DNA of 62,781 bases from Legionellales bacterium. GTDB taxonomy: Bacteria > Pseudomonadota > Gammaproteobacteria > Eutrophobiales > Eutrophobiaceae. A model generated the notes under the pieces. It saw only the letters and a program-made list of their open reading frames with translations. It was not told the origin of the DNA and did no database searches. Below, piece after piece: positions 60,008 to 62,781 of this stretch. Each line of letters begins with the position of its first letter. Positions within the stretch are counted from its first letter, which is position 1. Where the stretch lies: positions 1 to 62,781 of the forward strand of contig NZJM01000047.1 of the NCBI GenBank assembly GCA_002692205.1, given 5' to 3'. The position numbers and the translations under genes were made by a program.

Positions 60008-60593
60008 GTTTATATCGTTTCTTCCGGTCATACTCATGTTAAGTGGTTGTAGTTCATTAAAGCATCTTGATGAAGATGAGCAATTAAAACGTTGGGATAA
60101 GCATCAAGCTTCAGTAAAAGAAATTCTAGCATGGAAGATAACAGGAAGGCTTTCTGTCAAAAATTTTAATGACAGCGCGATGATGAACATTCATTGGGCG
60201 CACAGTAATGATGCTTATGAAATAAGGTTAATTGCAGCTTTGGGACAAGGAACTTTTTTAATAAAAGGTTCAAATAAAGGCGTAAGTATACAAACACCAA
60301 AAAATGAAATATTCACTGCTAATACACTAGACCAATTAATTTATGAGCAGCTTCGTTGGGATATTGACTTAAATGCCCTTAAGTTCTGGATTAGAGGGGT
60401 GCCTGAGCCCAATATAAAATATAGTCAATTCTTGCTTGATGAAAATGGAAGACTCAGTGATATGAAACAATCTGATTTCACTGTAAGTGTTTTACGTTAT
60501 CAAGATAGCAATGGTCTTTTTTTACCAGAAAAATTGTTTATTAAAGGAAAAAATATACAATTAAGGTTAATAATAAATAACTGGGACATATAG
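59985..60593 (+). CDS. lolB: Outer-membrane lipoprotein LolB
   Basis: Lipobox LMLSGCSS and the LolB fold region (WKITGRLSV...). The track start is TTG 59985. TTG 60000 (MNKFISFLPVILMLSGC) is an equally good start. Confidence 0.85.
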   Translation: MNVYALNKFISFLPVILMLSGCSSLKHLDEDEQLKRWDKHQASVKEILAWKITGRLSVKNFNDSAMMNIHWAHSNDAYEIRLIAALGQGTFLIKGSNKGVSIQTPKNEIFTANTLDQLIYEQLRWDIDLNALKFWIRGVPEPNIKYSQFLLDENGRLSDMKQSDFTVSVLRYQDSNGLFLPEKLFIKGKNIQLRLIINNWDI

Positions 60594-60597
60594 TATC

Positions 60598-61449
60598 GTG
60601 AAAAGTCTCAAATGGCCGTCGCCTGCAAAGCTTAACTTATTTCTTCATATAACGGGGCAAAGGCCAGACGGATACCATGAACTACAGACAGTATTTCAGT
60701 TTATCAATCTCTATGATTTTATTGATTTTGAAATATTAGAATCTGGAATAATCAAAAGAAGCACGAATAATTCAGGAATCGTTGAGGCTGATGATTTAGT
60801 TATAAAAGCAGCATATAAATTTAAAGAAGAGAGCCAAACAAAACTTGGCGTCGATATTAGTCTGCTAAAAAACATCCCGATTGGAGGTGGATTGGGTGGC
60901 GGGAGCTCAAATGCCGCCACTACTTTAGTCGCGTTAAATCAATTATGGCAAACAGATTTATCAACTGAAGAATTAGCGAATATTGGTCTATCAATAGGAG
61001 CAGATGTCCCCTTTTTTATTTATGGTCATGCTGCTTGGGCTGAGGGAGTGGGAGATAAGCTTACTAAGATTGAGCTTGATGAGCATTTTTATCTGGTGGT
61101 ATATCCTGGCTGTAATATCTCAACAAGGACCGTATTTGAATCGGCTGATTTGACAAGAAATACGCTGCCAATCACAATACGCGACTTCTTTAATGGCAAT
61201 AGCGGGAATGATTGCGAAGAATTTATTAGAAATCATTACAACGAAGTTGCCGAGGCACTAGATTGGCTGAATGAGTATTCTCCATCAAAACTAACAGGAA
61301 CAGGCGGGTGTTTGTTTGCTCAGTTCAGAGATGAGAAAATAGCAAATAATGTAAAAGACAAGCTACCTATGAAGTGGAAAGGTTATGTTGTTAAGGGTAT
61401 AAATACATCACCTTTACTTGAAAAACTTATATATGAGAAAAACCATTAA
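60598..61449 (+). CDS. ispE: 4-diphosphocytidyl-2-C-methyl-D-erythritol kinase
   Basis: WPSPAKLNLFLHITG, GHMP motif PIGGGLGGGSSNAA. GTG start. Confidence 0.95.
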   Translation: MKSLKWPSPAKLNLFLHITGQRPDGYHELQTVFQFINLYDFIDFEILESGIIKRSTNNSGIVEADDLVIKAAYKFKEESQTKLGVDISLLKNIPIGGGLGGGSSNAATTLVALNQLWQTDLSTEELANIGLSIGADVPFFIYGHAAWAEGVGDKLTKIELDEHFYLVVYPGCNISTRTVFESADLTRNTLPITIRDFFNGNSGNDCEEFIRNHYNEVAEALDWLNEYSPSKLTGTGGCLFAQFRDEKIANNVKDKLPMKWKGYVVKGINTSPLLEKLIYEKNH

Positions 61450-61489
61450 ATTTTATTCTTTAGATTGACTAAACATACTGATAATTATA

Positions 61490-61566
61490 TGGGGTGTAGC
61501 CAAGCTGGTTAAGGCACAGGGTTTTGATCCCTGCATTCCCAGGTTCGAGTCCTGGCACCCCAGCCA
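61490..61566 (+). tRNA. tRNA-Gln (anticodon UUG)
   Basis: Acceptor TGGGGTG/CACCCCA, anticodon arm CAGGG-TTTTGAT-CCCTG, T arm CCAGG-TTCGAGT-CCTGG, encoded CCA. Confidence 0.92.
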
Positions 61567-61598
61567 TTTTTTTTAATTGTCCGGAGAAAAGCAAGACC

Positions 61599-62552
61599 AT
61601 GAGTATTTCAAATATCATGATATTTAGCGGTAATGCAAACCCAAATCTGGCACTCAAGACAGTCGAATTTTTAAATATGCCACTTGGTAAAATAACGGCT
61701 GGTAAATTTAGCGATGGCGAGGTAATGGTCGAAGTAAATGAAAATGTTCGCGGGAGAGACATTTACATCATGCAGCCAATTTGTGCGCCAACTAACGATA
61801 ATTTAATGGAATTACTAGTCATTTCAGACGCTTTGCGCAGAGCTTCTGCAGAAAGGATAACAGCCGTTATTCCTTATCTGGGCTACGCTAGGCAGGATCG
61901 CCGTACACGCTCATCACGTGTTCCCATAACAGCTAAGATGGTGGCTAATATGATTGCATCAGCAGGTATAGATAGGGTTTTGACCGTTGATTTACACGCC
62001 GATCAAATTCAAGGTTTTTTTGATATCCCATTAGATAATGTTTATGGTTCACCCGTTTTATTAGGAGATATATGGAAGCATAAGTACCCAGATTTGATGG
62101 TTATATCTCCCGATGTAGGCGGTGTAGTTAGGGCTCGTGCTCTTGCAAAAAGATTGGACGATACAGATTTAGCAATTATTGATAAACGTCGTCCAAACCC
62201 AAACGAATCAGAAGTCATGAATATTATTGGTGATGTTGATGGCAGAACTTGTGTAATAATTGACGATTTAGTTGATACAGCTGGTACATTAGGGAATGCT
62301 GCGGGAGCTCTAAAGGATTTTGGGGCTAAAAAAGTAGTTGCATATTGTACACATGCTGTACTATCTGGAAATGCAGTAAAAAATATTGAAAATTCAAAAC
62401 TTGATGAATTGGTAGTAACAGATACAATTCCGCTTCGCTCTGAGGCAAAGACTTCAGATCGCATCAGGCAGCTCAGTGTAGCTGGGATGCTGGCGGAAAG
62501 TATAAGACGTATAGCCGAAGGAGAATCACTAAGCTCAATGTTTCTTGATTAG
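61599..62552 (+). CDS. prs: Ribose-phosphate pyrophosphokinase
   Basis: [41 protein letters not shown]. The upstream part of the track ORF overlaps the tRNA-Gln and is discarded. Confidence 0.95.
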   Translation: MSISNIMIFSGNANPNLALKTVEFLNMPLGKITAGKFSDGEVMVEVNENVRGRDIYIMQPICAPTNDNLMELLVISDALRRASAERITAVIPYLGYARQDRRTRSSRVPITAKMVANMIASAGIDRVLTVDLHADQIQGFFDIPLDNVYGSPVLLGDIWKHKYPDLMVISPDVGGVVRARALAKRLDDTDLAIIDKRRPNPNESEVMNIIGDVDGRTCVIIDDLVDTAGTLGNAAGALKDFGAKKVVAYCTHAVLSGNAVKNIENSKLDELVVTDTIPLRSEAKTSDRIRQLSVAGMLAESIRRIAEGESLSSMFLD

Positions 62553-62629
62553 TCTTTCGATAACAAGTTTTTCATTGATTGGTCGCGGTCAAAGAGAAAT
62601 AAATAATTATTTTTTAGGAGTAGTTAAAA

Positions 62630-62781
62630 ATGAACGAATTTGAATTAATCGCTGAACCACGAGAAGACATTGGTAAGGGTGCGAGCCGCCGCCTTCGTCG
62701 TGACGGCAAATTCCCCGGGATTGTTTATGGAACTAATAAAAATGCTAGTATTATTTTATTTAATTATTATGAAGTGATGCA
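62630..62781 (+). CDS. rplY: 50S ribosomal protein L25 / Ctc (partial, N-terminal part only)
   Basis: AGGAG SD, then MNEFELIAEPREDIGKGASRRLRRDGKFPGIVYG. Runs off the right edge. Confidence 0.88.
   Translation, partial: MNEFELIAEPREDIGKGASRRLRRDGKFPGIVYGTNKNASIILFNYYEVM

Noticed and set aside
61469-61762. A 97-aa minus-strand ORF, and the first 25 codons of the 61524 plus-strand ORF.
   Set aside because: Both overlap the tRNA-Gln gene (61490-61566). The prs N-terminus [14 protein letters not shown] begins at 61599.

Overview
Visibly AT-rich gammaproteobacterial core-chromosome segment that is almost fully coding. It holds about 66 protein genes and 2 tRNAs (Arg-CCG, Gln-UUG), with no rRNA. 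The content is housekeeping: ribosomal proteins L28/L33/L31/L25; coaBC, dut, algC, argB, slmA; pyrimidine genes (pyrE and pyrR-pyrB-pyrC-prime); purine genes (purEK, prs); metXW and proC; heme genes (hemCDXY, hemA); gshB and ispE; DNA repair genes (fpg, two Xth-family nucleases, uvrD); type IV pilus retraction ATPases (pilT plus two pilU-like); a Gld-type ABC module; msbA; an Fe3+ ABC importer; cytochromes c4 and c5 with dsbA; and phosphoribulokinase. Gene order repeatedly mirrors Pseudomonas-type neighbourhoods: rpmG-rpmB / coaBC-dut-algC-argB; metW-metX-yggT-proC-yggS divergent from pilT-pilU; pyrC-prime-pyrB-pyrR-ruvX-tonB-like-gshB; dsbA-cyt c4 divergent from engB; and hemA-prfA-prmC divergent from TPR-lolB-ispE-tRNAGln-prs-rplY. 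I see no transposase, integrase, phage, CRISPR, toxin-antitoxin or recognisable defence gene, so I cannot honestly point to a new multi-gene system. The signals most worth a second look are small and mostly non-coding. (1) A complete sigma-54-type unit at 41.9-42.3 kb: tandem palindromic UAS, an IHF-like site, a -24/-12 promoter and a terminator. Its only cargo is a PqqA-like mini-ORF, and that ORF is broken by one extra T that creates a UUU-UGA. (2) engB has no canonical start codon upstream of its P-loop. (3) A GC-rich, GGA-motif-rich structured element lies right after engB. (4) A perfect inverted pair of consensus DnaA boxes, plus a third box, lies in the same 450-bp gap between convergent genes. 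Secondary points: a catalytically degenerate PyrC-prime; an orphan PyrK-like flavoprotein; a prk / ParA-like / FNR-like operon; three tandem PilT-family ATPases; and a duplicated membrane-anchor module on cytochromes c4 and c5. The two reading-frame anomalies (pqqA-like, engB) both sit in short homopolymer runs within 2 kb of each other, so assembly error is a live explanation for both.
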